A stretch of DNA of 64,000 nucleotides from Candidatus Multivorans sp. (GCA_965224025.1 OZ245033.1:3616001-3680000), one strand, 5' to 3'. Positions 30,155-40,898 are shown, counted from the first letter of the stretch. Numbers and translations are program-made. Notes: generated by a model not told the origin, from the sequence alone.

Positions 30155-31855
30155 TCATCGGAAGGAAACCCGCGTGCGCGTGCTGACGGTCTGGTCACTT
30201 ACCGGGTCGTGGATCGCGACAACGAGATCGTGGGGCTTGCGGCGCAGGGTCAACGTCGCATCGTAGGGCATCACGGCCTCCGGCGCCGGCCGGATCCGCC
30301 CGCGCAGGTTGATCGGGATCAGGGGGATCGGGGCCTGCTGGCCGTTGCGGTCGACGACCGCGAAGCGCAGTTCCAGCCTGGCGAAGAACCGGTCCTGGTA
30401 CGGGACCAGCGGGAAGTGGCCGATCGGAATGTAGACGGTCACGGGAACCAGCATCTTGCGCAGGCCGGTCCTCTTGGCAGCGCCGATCTCCACCTGCAGC
30501 ACCGGTTCGCCGCGGGTCAACTCCCCGCCCGGAAACAGGAGCCGTCCCTGCGTCTCCATGTCCGCCTCGGCCCGCCGCGAGAGATCGAGGTAGCCGCGGC
30601 GGGAACGCACCCGCAGGTCGGGCCTGAGGACCTGTACCTGCACGTCGTGGGCACGGTCGTCGCGCCGGTAGTGGGGAATGAAACCGAGCCAGTAGTAGTT
30701 CGCGGTGTCCCTGCTCGCGTTGCGCAGCGCTTCCAGGTTCGACCCGGCCAGGAACGCCTCGCCACCGGTGTCCCGGGCCATGTAGCGGAAGTTCCCCCAC
30801 CGCGCCATGCTCGGCTGGTTGCTCTGCTCGTCGATCGGGTAGATCGTGTACCCGAGCAGGTTCGCCGTATCGATCAGGCGATCGAGAACCTCGCGGTCGC
30901 TGCGCACTCCGATGTTGAGGCCTTGTGCCGGGAAGTTCCCCCGCGGCCAGTCGCCGGCGAGCAGTAGCAGCGCCTTGCGGCCCTCGGGTACGTCGAGCGC
31001 CTGCATCGTCGAGGTCACCGCCGTTATCGAGAATTCCAGCTCGCGCAGATTCCGGTCGACCTCCGCTTCGGCGCCGAGGGAGGGAATCCGCAGCCCGGGA
31101 AGGCGCGCCATCCTCGCCCCCGGCAGATTGTCGAACGCCGCGGACACTCCGTCGGCATTCGACAGATCGGGGAAAGGAAGACCAGTCTCTCCCGTCGGCA
31201 CGAGTCCCACTCCGACGTCGCTTCCCATGGCGCCGGGACCCCGTCTCGCCATCGCCGCCTGGCGTGTCGGCAGATTGGGCGACCCCAACTGACCGCGGAA
31301 GCCCTTGCCGGTGTCCAGTTGCTGAAGCGCCTCGCGGGTCCGCTCCCGATCCGTCGTGAAGGGGCTCAGCATCTCGAGCCGCGAGCCGCTCTGGACCACC
31401 ACCGCCACCTGATCCCGGGGGCCCAGTTCATCGAGCTGGTCGGCAAGCCCGCGCAGCACCGGTCGCCGGAACTGGACCAGCGTGTGGTCGTCATCGACGA
31501 AGACGACGTAGTTCGTCGGGACGCTGTCGCCCCCACCGACCGCGAGCGGCGCTTCGGCACCGGACGCCTCGATCGCCCGGTTCTCCAGGATCTCGGTGAA
31601 GTAGTCGACGTCGACCGGAAAGCCGTCCACGAAGATGCGGAAGTCGTGCGCCTCAAGACCGTGAACCCGGTTCCCGGCCTTGTCCTCGACGACGACCTCC
31701 ACGTTGACGACCCGGACATCGATCTCTTCGCCGAAGATGGCATCGAGCGGTGGGGCCGAATCGGGCTCCTGCGCGCCCGCGGGGACGCAGAGAACCAGGG
31801 CGGAGCAGGCAGAGAGCAGGAGTAGTTTCTTCAGCATCAGCGACTTCCCTCTCAC
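30155..31855 (-). CDS. Acidobacterial VWFA-related secreted protein, copy 1 (start may be 31837)
   Basis: FGEEIDVRVVNVEVVV.D..G..V.GL...DF.I..DG, GRKALLL, A.DTGG, YYWLGF, VRSRRGY. Confidence 0.88.
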   Translation of the reverse strand: MRGKSLMLKKLLLLSACSALVLCVPAGAQEPDSAPPLDAIFGEEIDVRVVNVEVVVEDKAGNRVHGLEAHDFRIFVDGFPVDVDYFTEILENRAIEASGAEAPLAVGGGDSVPTNYVVFVDDDHTLVQFRRPVLRGLADQLDELGPRDQVAVVVQSGSRLEMLSPFTTDRERTREALQQLDTGKGFRGQLGSPNLPTRQAAMARRGPGAMGSDVGVGLVPTGETGLPFPDLSNADGVSAAFDNLPGARMARLPGLRIPSLGAEAEVDRNLRELEFSITAVTSTMQALDVPEGRKALLLLAGDWPRGNFPAQGLNIGVRSDREVLDRLIDTANLLGYTIYPIDEQSNQPSMARWGNFRYMARDTGGEAFLAGSNLEALRNASRDTANYYWLGFIPHYRRDDRAHDVQVQVLRPDLRVRSRRGYLDLSRRAEADMETQGRLLFPGGELTRGEPVLQVEIGAAKRTGLRKMLVPVTVYIPIGHFPLVPYQDRFFARLELRFAVVDRNGQQAPIPLIPINLRGRIRPAPEAVMPYDATLTLRRKPHDLVVAIHDPVSDQTVSTRTRVSFR

Positions 31856-33564
31856 TTGAAAGACACCATAACCCGCTCGCTGAGCGTTCTCCTGGTCAGA
31901 GGATCGTGCACCGAGACGACCAGATCGTGGGGTCGGCGGCGCAGGGTCAGGGTTGCGTGGTAGGGCATGACGGCATCGGGGGCCGGCCTGTTCCGCCCGC
32001 GGAGATTGATCGGAATCGACGGAATGTCCGCCTGCCCGCCGTTCCGGTCGACGACGGCGAAGCGCAGTTCCAGCCTCGCGAGATACTCGCCCTGATACGG
32101 CACCACCGGGAAGTAGCCGATCGGAACGTAGACCGTCACCGGCACCAGCATCTTGCGGATACCCGTGGGCTCGGCCTTGCCGACCTCGACGCGCAGCGTC
32201 GGTGCGTCGGGCGCTTCAAACTGGTCGGGGAACAGGAGCCGGCCCTGCGTCTCCATGTCCGCTTCGGCTCGCCGCAAGACGTCGGCGTAGCCGCCGCGGG
32301 AGCGTACGCGCAGGCCCGGGCCACGCACTTCCACTCGAACGTCGTGGACCCGGTCGTCGCGCCGGTACTCCGGCACGAAGCCCAGCCAGTAGTAGTTCGC
32401 CACATCCGCGCTGACCCGCCGCAGGGCGGCCAGGTTGGTGCCAGCCATGTAGGCCCGGCCGCCCGTCTCCCGCGCCATGTGCCTCAGGTTCCCCCACCGC
32501 GTCATGTTCGGACCCGTCTGCTGGTCCACCGGATAGACGGTGTAACCAAGCACGTTCGCCGTGTCGATCAGATCGTCCAGGATCTCCCGGTCCGTGCGTA
32601 CGCCGATGCTCTGTCCGGCGGGCCGGAACATCCCCGTCGGCCAGCCGCCGGCCAGGAGCAGCAGCACCTTGCGACCGTTCGGCACGTCGAGGGTTCGCAT
32701 CGCCGAGCTGACCGCGATGACCGAGAACTCGAGATCACGCGCCAGCGCCGACGCCTTCACCTCCGACGCGAGTTCAGGCAGGCGCATCGTCGGAAACGGC
32801 AGATCGCCGGCCGCCGACAGCAGGTCCTCGTCGACGCGGGGCCCGATCTGCCCGGCCACCAGGCCACCACTCAGCTCCTCCGCAACGCTCGAGTCCTCCA
32901 GAACGCCGGCCTGGGCGCCGAGCCACGTCTCCGTCCGGTCTCCGACCGGCGCCTCCCCGGCGATGAACCGCGGTGCCCGCAGCACGCCGCCGTAGCGTCG
33001 CCCCTGTTCGAGTGCCCGCAGGGCACGGCGCGTCTCCTCGCGCTCCGTCGTGAAGGGACTCAGCAGTTCCAGCCGCCGGCCGCTCTGGACGACAATCGCC
33101 ACCTGGTCGGCCAAACCAAGGCTCGCCAACTGATCGGCGAAGCCGCGAAGAACCGGACGCCGGAACGTCACGTGCGTGTGATCGTCGTCGACGAAGAGCA
33201 AGTAGTTCGTCGGCACGAGCTCTCCTTCGCCGATCGCCGGCGGCGCCTCGTGATCCTGCGACTCGACGGCACGGTTCTCCAGGATCTCCGTGAAGTACTC
33301 GACGTCGACCTCCGCACCATCCACGAAGATGCGGAAGTCGTCGGCAGTCAGACCGGGAACGCGGTTTCCCGCCCGGTCCTCGACGACGACCTCCAGGTTG
33401 ACCACCCGGACGTCGATCTCCTCGCCGAAGAACAAGTCGACGGGCGGGGTCGAGTCGGGCCCTGGAGCCGCCCGCTGAGCCCCGGCCGGCAGCGACCAGC
33501 CCAGACTTGCGACCGCCGTGAAGGCAAGCAGTTTCCCATGCACGGTTCCCACACTCCACATCAC
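31852..33564 (-). CDS. Acidobacterial VWFA-related secreted protein, copy 2 (start may be GTG near 33543)
   Basis: Same motif series as copy 1, visibly highly similar to it. Confidence 0.88.
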   Translation of the reverse strand: MMWSVGTVHGKLLAFTAVASLGWSLPAGAQRAAPGPDSTPPVDLFFGEEIDVRVVNLEVVVEDRAGNRVPGLTADDFRIFVDGAEVDVEYFTEILENRAVESQDHEAPPAIGEGELVPTNYLLFVDDDHTHVTFRRPVLRGFADQLASLGLADQVAIVVQSGRRLELLSPFTTEREETRRALRALEQGRRYGGVLRAPRFIAGEAPVGDRTETWLGAQAGVLEDSSVAEELSGGLVAGQIGPRVDEDLLSAAGDLPFPTMRLPELASEVKASALARDLEFSVIAVSSAMRTLDVPNGRKVLLLLAGGWPTGMFRPAGQSIGVRTDREILDDLIDTANVLGYTVYPVDQQTGPNMTRWGNLRHMARETGGRAYMAGTNLAALRRVSADVANYYWLGFVPEYRRDDRVHDVRVEVRGPGLRVRSRGGYADVLRRAEADMETQGRLLFPDQFEAPDAPTLRVEVGKAEPTGIRKMLVPVTVYVPIGYFPVVPYQGEYLARLELRFAVVDRNGGQADIPSIPINLRGRNRPAPDAVMPYHATLTLRRRPHDLVVSVHDPLTRRTLSERVMVSFK

Positions 33565-33900
33565 GGCTGCACCTCAACCCGAGCAGCGGCAGTCAGCCGG
33601 GACGCCGGATCATGCACCGTGATGACCAGCGTATGGGGCAAGCGCCGCAGCGTCACATCCGCGCTGTACCGAAGCCGAGCCTCCGGTAGCGGCGGCGAAT
33701 CCGTCCGCAGTTCGAGCGGAAACGCGAGTTGATTTGCCCGACGACCCTCGCCGTCGATCGCCGCGAACCGCACCTCCAATTGCTGCAGATACTGGTCCGC
33801 GTACGGCCAAGACGCGAAAGCCCCAAAGGGTTCCTTGCCGTCCACCAGGAGACGGAAGCTGTCCACACCCAGGCCGTGTACGCGCTGGCCATCCGCGTCT
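33561..33900 (-). pseudogene. Internally deleted VWFA-related paralog (remnant 1)
   Basis: In one frame, the N-terminal motif DADGQRVHGLGVDSFRLLVDGKE joins directly to the C-terminal part LEVRFAAID...VTLRRLPHTLVITVHDP. The whole vWA core is missing. Confidence 0.75.
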
Positions 33901-33940
33901 CCGCACGATCCGATCCCCCTTCACACTTCCACTGCCATTC

Positions 33941-34204
33941 TCAAGGCGTTACCCGCATGCGCGCGCTGGCCGTCGATCGTGACAGCGGTTCATGGACGGT
34001 GACGACCAGGTCGTGGGGCAGCCGGCCGAACTGACTGGACCCATGATGCCGGCACCGCGACCGGGCCATCGCGCCGGCAAGCCCCAGGAGCCGGCGCCAA
34101 GGTGGGTTGCCGTCATAACGGACCGTCCGACATCGGTGGCGCCACGAACGGTTCCGGGGGACACGACTCTGCCGTCTGACCATCATGGGACCTCTACGGT
34201 TCAA
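33941..34204 (-). pseudogene. VWFA-related paralog remnant 2 (only the last ~28 aa recognisable)
   Basis: Ends RLPHDLVVTVHEPLSRSTASARMRVTP, matching the C-termini of the intact copies. Confidence 0.65.
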
Positions 34205-34222
34205 CTTCTCCCTCCAGCGCAG

Positions 34223-36043
34223 CTATGGCACCACCGACACGCGGGCCCTGGCGGTCGATCGGGACAGAGGGTCATGCACCGTGACCACGAGCTCGTGGCG
34301 ACGCCGGCGCATCTCCAGCAACTCCGAATAGGGCACGGTCTCGTCGGGGGCGGGCTTGAAGCCGCCCCCGAGAGACAGGGAAATCGCCGGGATCTCCGCA
34401 CGCCGACCGTAACGGTCCACAGTGGCAAACCGCACTTCCAGTTCCTGCCGGAACCGACCGTCGTGAGGTAGTGCGGGGAACCTGCCGACTGGCACGTAGA
34501 CCGTCACTGGCACGCGCATCGCTCTGCGTGTGCCGTCCGCCACTTCCCCGACCTCGACCAGCAGAAAACCCGCGTCGGGTTCCTCGTGGGACGGAAAAAG
34601 AAGCGCGCGCAAAGCCTCCATGTCAGCTTCGGCCTGACGAGAAAGGTCAAGGTAGCCACGACGCGAGCGTACGCGAAGTCGGCGCTGCGACACCTCGACA
34701 CGGATGTCGTGCGCCTGGTTGTCGCGACGGTACCGGGGCACGAAGCCCAGCCAGTAGTAGTTCGCGGTGTCGAACCTCACCTTGTCGAGCGCCTTGACGT
34801 TGCTTCCGGCCATGAACGCCCGGCCGCCCGTGTCGCGAGCCACGTAGCGCAGATTCCCCCACAACGCCATGTTGGCCCCGCCCTGCTGGTCCATTGGATA
34901 CACCGTCCAGCCCAGGAGGTTGGCTGTGTCAACCAGGGCGTCCAGCAGTTCAAAGTCCCTCGCCTTGCCGACGCCTCGGCACTCCGACATCCAGCGGACC
35001 TGCGCATAGCTGCAGTTCGGCCAGCTTCCCGTAAGAAGAAGCAGGACCTTGCGACCCTGTGGTGCTTCGAGCGCCCTCAGGGCCGTCACCACCGCATCGA
35101 CCGAGAACTGAAGATCCCGCATCTGGCTGGCGGCGGTCGCCATGTCCAGGCCCCATCCAGGTGTCAAGTCCTCGGAGATCCGGTCGAAAGTTCCCGGGCC
35201 GCCTACCGCGCCGAAGGCTCCCGGGCTGCCCATACCGTCGTCCCCTGCCGAGAAGCCACCAGGCGGGGCCGGGCCGTCAGCCTCCCTCGCACTCACGGGC
35301 GGGGTCGCATCAATCCGTGGTTGGGTACCACGCGGTTGAGTGCCACGAGGCGCAACGTCCTCACGCGAGGACAGCGAGTCTCCCGTCGCGGTCAAGTCCA
35401 GTCTTCTCATCCGCTTGTGCCAGCCCCACCAACTGAAGAACCCCCCGTACCGGCCTCCGGTGTCGAGCTCGGCAAGAGCGGCGCGGGTCACGTCCCGATC
35501 GGCCGTGAAGCGGCTCAGGATCTCCAGGCGATAGCGGCTCCGGACCACGACAGCCACCTGATCGTGCGGCCCGAGTCCACCCAACCGGGAGCCGAAGCCC
35601 AGCAGCACCGGCCGGCGTGAGGTCACATGGGTGTGGGCGTCGTCGACGAACAGCAGGTAGTTCGTTGCCACCGCCTGCCCTTCGGCAACCGCCGGCGGCG
35701 TCTCGCCACCGTCGCCGGTGACCGCTCGCCCGCCGGCCACCTCGCTGAAGTACTGCACGTCGACCTCCTGGCCGTCGACGAGGATTCGGAAGTCTTCGCG
35801 GCTCAGACCCCGCACGCGAGCACCGGAACGGTCCTCGACCACCACCTCCAGGTTGACCACACGGACATCGATCTCCTCGCCGAAGACCAATTCGGATGGA
35901 GACCGAGACTCGACTGCTTGACCCGACAATGGGGCGCAGAACGTCACGACCGCGAGCGGAATACGGAGTAGCGACCGGCAACGAAGTAGGACGAGCACAG
36001 GGTCGCGACGCACGATCTCACTGTTGTCTCGTCCAACCAGCAC
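34223..36043 (-). CDS. Acidobacterial VWFA-related secreted protein, copy 3
   Basis: Same motifs as copies 1 and 2, with a divergent central insert containing PRGTQPRGTQPR. Confidence 0.88.
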   Translation of the reverse strand: MLVGRDNSEIVRRDPVLVLLRCRSLLRIPLAVVTFCAPLSGQAVESRSPSELVFGEEIDVRVVNLEVVVEDRSGARVRGLSREDFRILVDGQEVDVQYFSEVAGGRAVTGDGGETPPAVAEGQAVATNYLLFVDDAHTHVTSRRPVLLGFGSRLGGLGPHDQVAVVVRSRYRLEILSRFTADRDVTRAALAELDTGGRYGGFFSWWGWHKRMRRLDLTATGDSLSSREDVAPRGTQPRGTQPRIDATPPVSAREADGPAPPGGFSAGDDGMGSPGAFGAVGGPGTFDRISEDLTPGWGLDMATAASQMRDLQFSVDAVVTALRALEAPQGRKVLLLLTGSWPNCSYAQVRWMSECRGVGKARDFELLDALVDTANLLGWTVYPMDQQGGANMALWGNLRYVARDTGGRAFMAGSNVKALDKVRFDTANYYWLGFVPRYRRDNQAHDIRVEVSQRRLRVRSRRGYLDLSRQAEADMEALRALLFPSHEEPDAGFLLVEVGEVADGTRRAMRVPVTVYVPVGRFPALPHDGRFRQELEVRFATVDRYGRRAEIPAISLSLGGGFKPAPDETVPYSELLEMRRRRHELVVTVHDPLSRSTARARVSVVP

Positions 36044-36145
36044 TCAGGCTCCAGTTCGTGTGATTGTCAGTTTGCGGGTTCGACTTCCATCTGGTCAGGC
36101 AAGCAGAGTGCCACAGCGATCACTGCCGGTGCTACCCTGCGCCCG

Positions 36146-37633
36146 ATGAGCGACGATTCAAACCTCTCGGCCGCCACTCTCGAACCCGCGGACGACGCCC
36201 CCTGCTGGTCGACTGTGCAGGCGGCCTCAGCGATTCGCAGCGGCAGGATCTCCTCCCGCGACTACCTCGAACTCCTCCTCGACCGCGTCGATCGTCTGAA
36301 CCCGCCGCTCAACGCCGTTGTCACGCTCGACGTCCAACGGGCCCGCCGGGAGGCGGACGCCGCGGACCGGGCATTGGCCGACGGCCGGAACCTGGGCCCG
36401 CTCCACGGCGTCGCGATGACGATCAAGGACTCCTTTCAGACCGTCGGGATGCGCACGACCTCCGGCGCACCCGAACTGAGCGGCCACATTCCTGAGGTCG
36501 ACGCCGTGCCGGTCGCCCGGCTGCGCGCGGCCGGCGCCGTCATCTTCGGCAAGACGAACCTGCCGATCTACGCAGGCGACACGCAGAGCTACAACGACGT
36601 GTTCGGCCAGACGAACAACCCATGGAACCTGGAACGGACGCCGGGCGGCTCGTCCGGAGGTTCCGCGGCCGCTCTCGCCGCCGGCTTCACGCCGCTCGAG
36701 CTCGGCAGCGACATCGGCGGTTCGATCCGGGGTCCGGCTTCCACCTGCGGCGTCTTCGGCCACAAGCCGAGCTATGGCATCGTGCCGGCGCTCGGCCAGA
36801 TTCCCGGACCGCCAGGCACCCTGACCCAGGCGGACATCGCCGTTGCCGGACCGATGGCGCGGAACGTCGAGGACCTGGAACTCGGCCTCGACATCCTCGC
36901 CGGCCCGGACGAATGGCACGCTCCCGGCTACCGGCTGGCACTGCCTCCGGCCCGGCACGAGACCCTCGCGGACTATCGGGTCGCCGTGTGGTTCGAAGAG
37001 CCCTCCAGCCCGATCGACGACCGGGTACTGGAGCGGCTGGAAAGAGCGGCGGACGCCCTGGAAGCAGCAGGCGCCAAGGTCGACCGCGAGGCCCGGCCGG
37101 ACTTCACCTTCGACTATGCGACCCGCGTTTTCGGGCAGTTGCTCGGCGCCGCCATGTGCGGAGGTTTCAGCCACGACGAGATCGAGGAGCTCGCAGTTCG
37201 CGGGATCGGGGAGGACGAGGAAGGGGCGCTGGCGGCACGCTGGGCCTACCAACGGCACCGCGTCTGGCTGTCGGCGAACGAGCGCCGGCTGCAGATGCGG
37301 CGCAAGTGGCACGACTTCTTCAAGAGCTGGGACGCCGTGCTCCTGCCCTGCCTGCCGACGACGGCGATCCCCCACGATCACAGCGAGCCGATGGGCGCGC
37401 GCCGGATCACCGTCAACGGCGAGCAGCGACCCTACGGAGAGCAGACCCTCTGGGTCGGCCTCACCGGCGTCGCCTACCTTCCCGCGACCGTGATCCCAGC
37501 CGGTACGGCCAGCGATGGCCTCCCCGTAGGCCTCCAGATCGCCGGACCGTTCCTGGAAGACCGGACAACTCTCGACCTGGCCCGCCGCCTGAGCGAAGGG
37601 ATCGGCGGTTTCGAGCGCCCGCCGGACTACTGA
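36146..37633 (+). CDS. Amidase signature family enzyme
   Basis: GPLHGV..TIKD, GKTN, NPWNLERTPGGSSGGS, GSDIGGSIR, GLPVGLQ. Confidence 0.95.
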   Translation: MSDDSNLSAATLEPADDAPCWSTVQAASAIRSGRISSRDYLELLLDRVDRLNPPLNAVVTLDVQRARREADAADRALADGRNLGPLHGVAMTIKDSFQTVGMRTTSGAPELSGHIPEVDAVPVARLRAAGAVIFGKTNLPIYAGDTQSYNDVFGQTNNPWNLERTPGGSSGGSAAALAAGFTPLELGSDIGGSIRGPASTCGVFGHKPSYGIVPALGQIPGPPGTLTQADIAVAGPMARNVEDLELGLDILAGPDEWHAPGYRLALPPARHETLADYRVAVWFEEPSSPIDDRVLERLERAADALEAAGAKVDREARPDFTFDYATRVFGQLLGAAMCGGFSHDEIEELAVRGIGEDEEGALAARWAYQRHRVWLSANERRLQMRRKWHDFFKSWDAVLLPCLPTTAIPHDHSEPMGARRITVNGEQRPYGEQTLWVGLTGVAYLPATVIPAGTASDGLPVGLQIAGPFLEDRTTLDLARRLSEGIGGFERPPDY

Positions 37634-38565
37634 CGTCCCGCCTCCAGAAAGGACCGCAGGTCCTCCCGGCTGACCGCCGGTTCGCCCGGGGCCACGTTGT
37701 CCAGCCGCCCGTCGCCCAGCCAGCGCTCCAGGCGGCGCACTTCGTGCTCCAGGTGATCAAAGCCGTCGACGACGAACAAGAGGGGCTGCACGGAGTCGAT
37801 CTCAAAGCTCTGGTTCACGACCCAGTCGAGCTGGAAGGGCACCCGCTGCACTTTGGCCGCTTCGAGCGCGTGCACGATCTCGCCGGCCGAACTCAGAAGA
37901 CCGCTGCCGTAGGCGCAGAGACCGTCCCCTCCCGGCCGCCGCATCAGACCGAACTCGATCGTGAACCAGAAGAACCGCGCGAGCGCCTTGAGCGCACTCT
38001 CGACGCGGCGGCAGTCGCCCTCCCGAGCGCGCAGCGCCGCCGTGCGCGCCGCCTCGCCGAAGCGGACCAGGACGTCCGCGAACGCCGGGTCCGTGTGCAT
38101 GGGGACGTGGCCCGCCAGGTCGTGGAAAATGTCGGGCTCGGGCAGGTAATTCAGCCTCTCGCCGTCGCGGACGGTGATCGTGGTCGGAAACGCCCGCCGC
38201 CTCAGACAGTCGAAGAACAGGTAGGCCGGCACGTAGCCGCTGACCGCCCGCGCCTTGAAGCCGCTCAGGGGTTCCAGGAACCGGTTGATGTCGGCGAGGC
38301 GTGGGATGCGGTCCGGGTCAAGCGCCAGACGCGTCACGCCGTCGAGGAAGCGCGGATGGGCGTGCTTCTCCCAGCGTCCGGCCAGCGCCCGGTAGAGGCG
38401 CTTCCAGGTCCGCTGGTTCGACTCGCTGTAGAGCGCGTACGGCTGTTCGATGAACAACTCGCCTCGGGTTTGGGCCCGCTCGATGAAGTCGGCCCGGCCG
38501 GTCGTCAGGTCCCGGCCCGTGGCCGGCGCCATGACCGCCGGGTCAACCGCTCCAACTGTAGGCAT
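37627..38565 (-). CDS. phhA: Phenylalanine 4-monooxygenase
   Basis: YLPEPDIFHDLAGHVP, RFFWFTIEFGL, YGSGLLSS.GE. Confidence 0.95.
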   Translation of the reverse strand: MPTVGAVDPAVMAPATGRDLTTGRADFIERAQTRGELFIEQPYALYSESNQRTWKRLYRALAGRWEKHAHPRFLDGVTRLALDPDRIPRLADINRFLEPLSGFKARAVSGYVPAYLFFDCLRRRAFPTTITVRDGERLNYLPEPDIFHDLAGHVPMHTDPAFADVLVRFGEAARTAALRAREGDCRRVESALKALARFFWFTIEFGLMRRPGGDGLCAYGSGLLSSAGEIVHALEAAKVQRVPFQLDWVVNQSFEIDSVQPLLFVVDGFDHLEHEVRRLERWLGDGRLDNVAPGEPAVSREDLRSFLEAGRQ

Positions 38566-39700
38566 AGCTCTCGTCCTCCAGGTCGGCCGCGGCAGCCGTC
38601 GTCTGCAGCGGCCGGAAGGTGTCCACCATGACCGCGAGTTCGTCGGTGCGCTCCTTGCCGATCGATCCCTCGTAGGCGCCCGGATGGGGCCCGTGCGGAA
38701 TGCCGTTCGGATGCACGGTCAGAGCCCCGCGCTCCACTCCGCGCCGCGACATGAAGTCGCCCTCGACGTAGTAGATGACCTCGTCCGAATCGACGTTCGA
38801 GTGGTTGTAGGGAGCGGGAATCGCCTGCGGGTGGTAGTCGAACAGCCGCGGCACGAAGGAGCAGACGACGAACCCGGGGCCGTCGAAGGTCTGGTGTACC
38901 GGCGGCGGCTGGTGGACGCGACCGGTGATCGGCTCGAAGTCCTCGATGTTGAAGGCGTACGGCCACAGGTGGCCGTCCCAGCCGACGACGTCCATCGGGT
39001 GGCGGCGGTAGAGGTAGCGGGTGACGCCGCCGCGGGCCTTGACCCGGACCTCGAACTCGCCCTCCTCGTCGTGCGCATCGACCCACTCCGGCTGTCGGAT
39101 GTCGCGCTCGCAGTACGGCGAGTTCTCGAGGAACTGGCCGTACCGGTTGACGTAGCGGCGCGGCGGCTCGATGTGGCCCGCCGCCTCGACACACAGCATC
39201 CTCTGCGGCTCGTCCGCTCGCGGCAGGAGTCGCCAGACGACGCCGGTGGGCAGCACGAGATAGTCCCCCGGGCGGTACTCCAGCAGGCCGAACTGCGTCT
39301 CCAGCATGCCGTGACCCTCGTGCACGAAGAGCAGCTCGTCACCGTGCGCGTAGCGGTACCAGTAGGCCATCGGCGCCCGGAAACGGGCCACGGACAGCAC
39401 CAGATCGCGGTTCGTCAACAGGGGCATCCGGCCGCTGACCGCGTCTCCCTGCTCGGGCGCCCGGCCGGCCCGGATCAGACGGTGTCGCAGCGGACCCGCG
39501 TAGTCCAGTTTCAGACCGTTGGCGGTCCTTTCCTCGATGCGCTCGATTGCGGTCGGAGGGTGCAGGTGGTAGAGAATCGACTGGACCCCTGAAAAGCCAT
39601 GGATCCCCATGACCTCCTCGTGGTGAAGCGATCCGTCGGGCTTGCGGAACTGGGTATGACGCTTGTGCGGAATCTCGCCCGCGCGCAGGTAGTAACTCAC
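38543..39700 (-). CDS. hmgA: Homogentisate 1,2-dioxygenase
   Basis: GTG at 39700 overlaps the hppD stop. GEIPHKRHTQF, HPMDVVGWDG, HQPPPVH, PYNHSNVDSDE, HPNGIPHGP. Confidence 0.95.
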   Translation of the reverse strand: MSYYLRAGEIPHKRHTQFRKPDGSLHHEEVMGIHGFSGVQSILYHLHPPTAIERIEERTANGLKLDYAGPLRHRLIRAGRAPEQGDAVSGRMPLLTNRDLVLSVARFRAPMAYWYRYAHGDELLFVHEGHGMLETQFGLLEYRPGDYLVLPTGVVWRLLPRADEPQRMLCVEAAGHIEPPRRYVNRYGQFLENSPYCERDIRQPEWVDAHDEEGEFEVRVKARGGVTRYLYRRHPMDVVGWDGHLWPYAFNIEDFEPITGRVHQPPPVHQTFDGPGFVVCSFVPRLFDYHPQAIPAPYNHSNVDSDEVIYYVEGDFMSRRGVERGALTVHPNGIPHGPHPGAYEGSIGKERTDELAVMVDTFRPLQTTAAAADLEDESYAYSWSG

Positions 39701-40857
39701 AGGTTCCCCCTCGCCGCCTGTTCGCGCTCCAGAGCCACGAAGAGACTCTTGAAGTTTCCCTCCCCGAATCCCCTCGCCCCGTGGCGCTCGATGATCTCGT
39801 AGAACAGCGTCGGCCGGTCTTCCACCGGCTTGGTGAAGATCTGCAGCAGGTAGCCGTCCTCGTCGCGGTCGGCGAGGATGCCGAGTTCGGCCAGGCGATC
39901 GATCGGTTCGTCGATCTTCCCTACCCGCTGCTCGAGGTCCTGGTAGTAGGCCCCCGGTACGTGAAGGAACTCGACCCCGTTCTCGCGCAGCCGCGACACC
40001 GTGCCGAGGATGTCGTCGGTGCGACAGGCGATGTGCTGCACGCCGGGACCCTCGTGGAACTCGAGGTACTCCTCGATCTGCGACTTCCTGCGACCCTCGG
40101 CGGGCTCGTTGATCGGGAACTTGATGACCCCCGAGCCATCCTGCATCACCTTGGACATGAGCGCCGAGTACTCGGTCGAGATCGCCGCGTCGTCGAAGTG
40201 GACAAGCTGGTTGAAGCCCAGGACGCGCGAAAAGAACCGGGCCCACTCGTTCATCCGCCCCAACTCGACGTTGGCCACGACGTGGTCGACCGCGAGCAGG
40301 CCGCAGCTCCGGGGCCCGTCGGCGCCGGGGACCTCCGGCGCCGGTTCGAAACCGGGGCCGAAGACGCCGCCGTAGTCCCGGCGCTCCATGAACTGCAACA
40401 CGCAATCGCCGTAGAGATGGATCGAGGCGTGGCGCAGTTCGCCTTGCTTGTCTCGGACGGTTGCCGGCGACGCCGCGGCCTCCGCGCCTCGCGACACCGC
40501 TGCGGAGAACGCCTTGTCCGCGCTCGGTACCGAGAGCGCGATCACCGCTACCGAATCGCCGTGCCGCCGAACCGACCGCGCCGCATCGTGCGAGGAATGC
40601 AGCGCACTGGTCAGCACGAGCCGGATATCGCCCTGCTCCACCAGGTACGACGCGCGCGCCCGCTCGCCGGTCTCGAGCCCCCGCACCGCGGTGCACTCGA
40701 AACCGAACGCATGGCAGTAATAGGCGGCCGACTGCTTCGCGTTGCCGACGTACAGCTCCAGATGGTCGAAGCCGAGAATCGGACAGAAGTCCTCCCCGGT
40801 CGCGGCGCTTCGACCAACGAACCCCGGCTGTGTCTGTTCAGTAGCCCCTAAACTCAT
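39697..40857 (-). CDS. hppD: 4-hydroxyphenylpyruvate dioxygenase
   Basis: GGAAGG SD, DHVVANV, PINEP, SQIEEYL, GVQHIA, LLQIFT, GFGEGNFKSLF. Confidence 0.96.
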   Translation of the reverse strand: MSLGATEQTQPGFVGRSAATGEDFCPILGFDHLELYVGNAKQSAAYYCHAFGFECTAVRGLETGERARASYLVEQGDIRLVLTSALHSSHDAARSVRRHGDSVAVIALSVPSADKAFSAAVSRGAEAAASPATVRDKQGELRHASIHLYGDCVLQFMERRDYGGVFGPGFEPAPEVPGADGPRSCGLLAVDHVVANVELGRMNEWARFFSRVLGFNQLVHFDDAAISTEYSALMSKVMQDGSGVIKFPINEPAEGRRKSQIEEYLEFHEGPGVQHIACRTDDILGTVSRLRENGVEFLHVPGAYYQDLEQRVGKIDEPIDRLAELGILADRDEDGYLLQIFTKPVEDRPTLFYEIIERHGARGFGEGNFKSLFVALEREQAARGNL

Positions 40858-40898
40858 TCCTTCCCTCCTCGTCTTCGTTGTTCGGCCCGGCAGGGACC

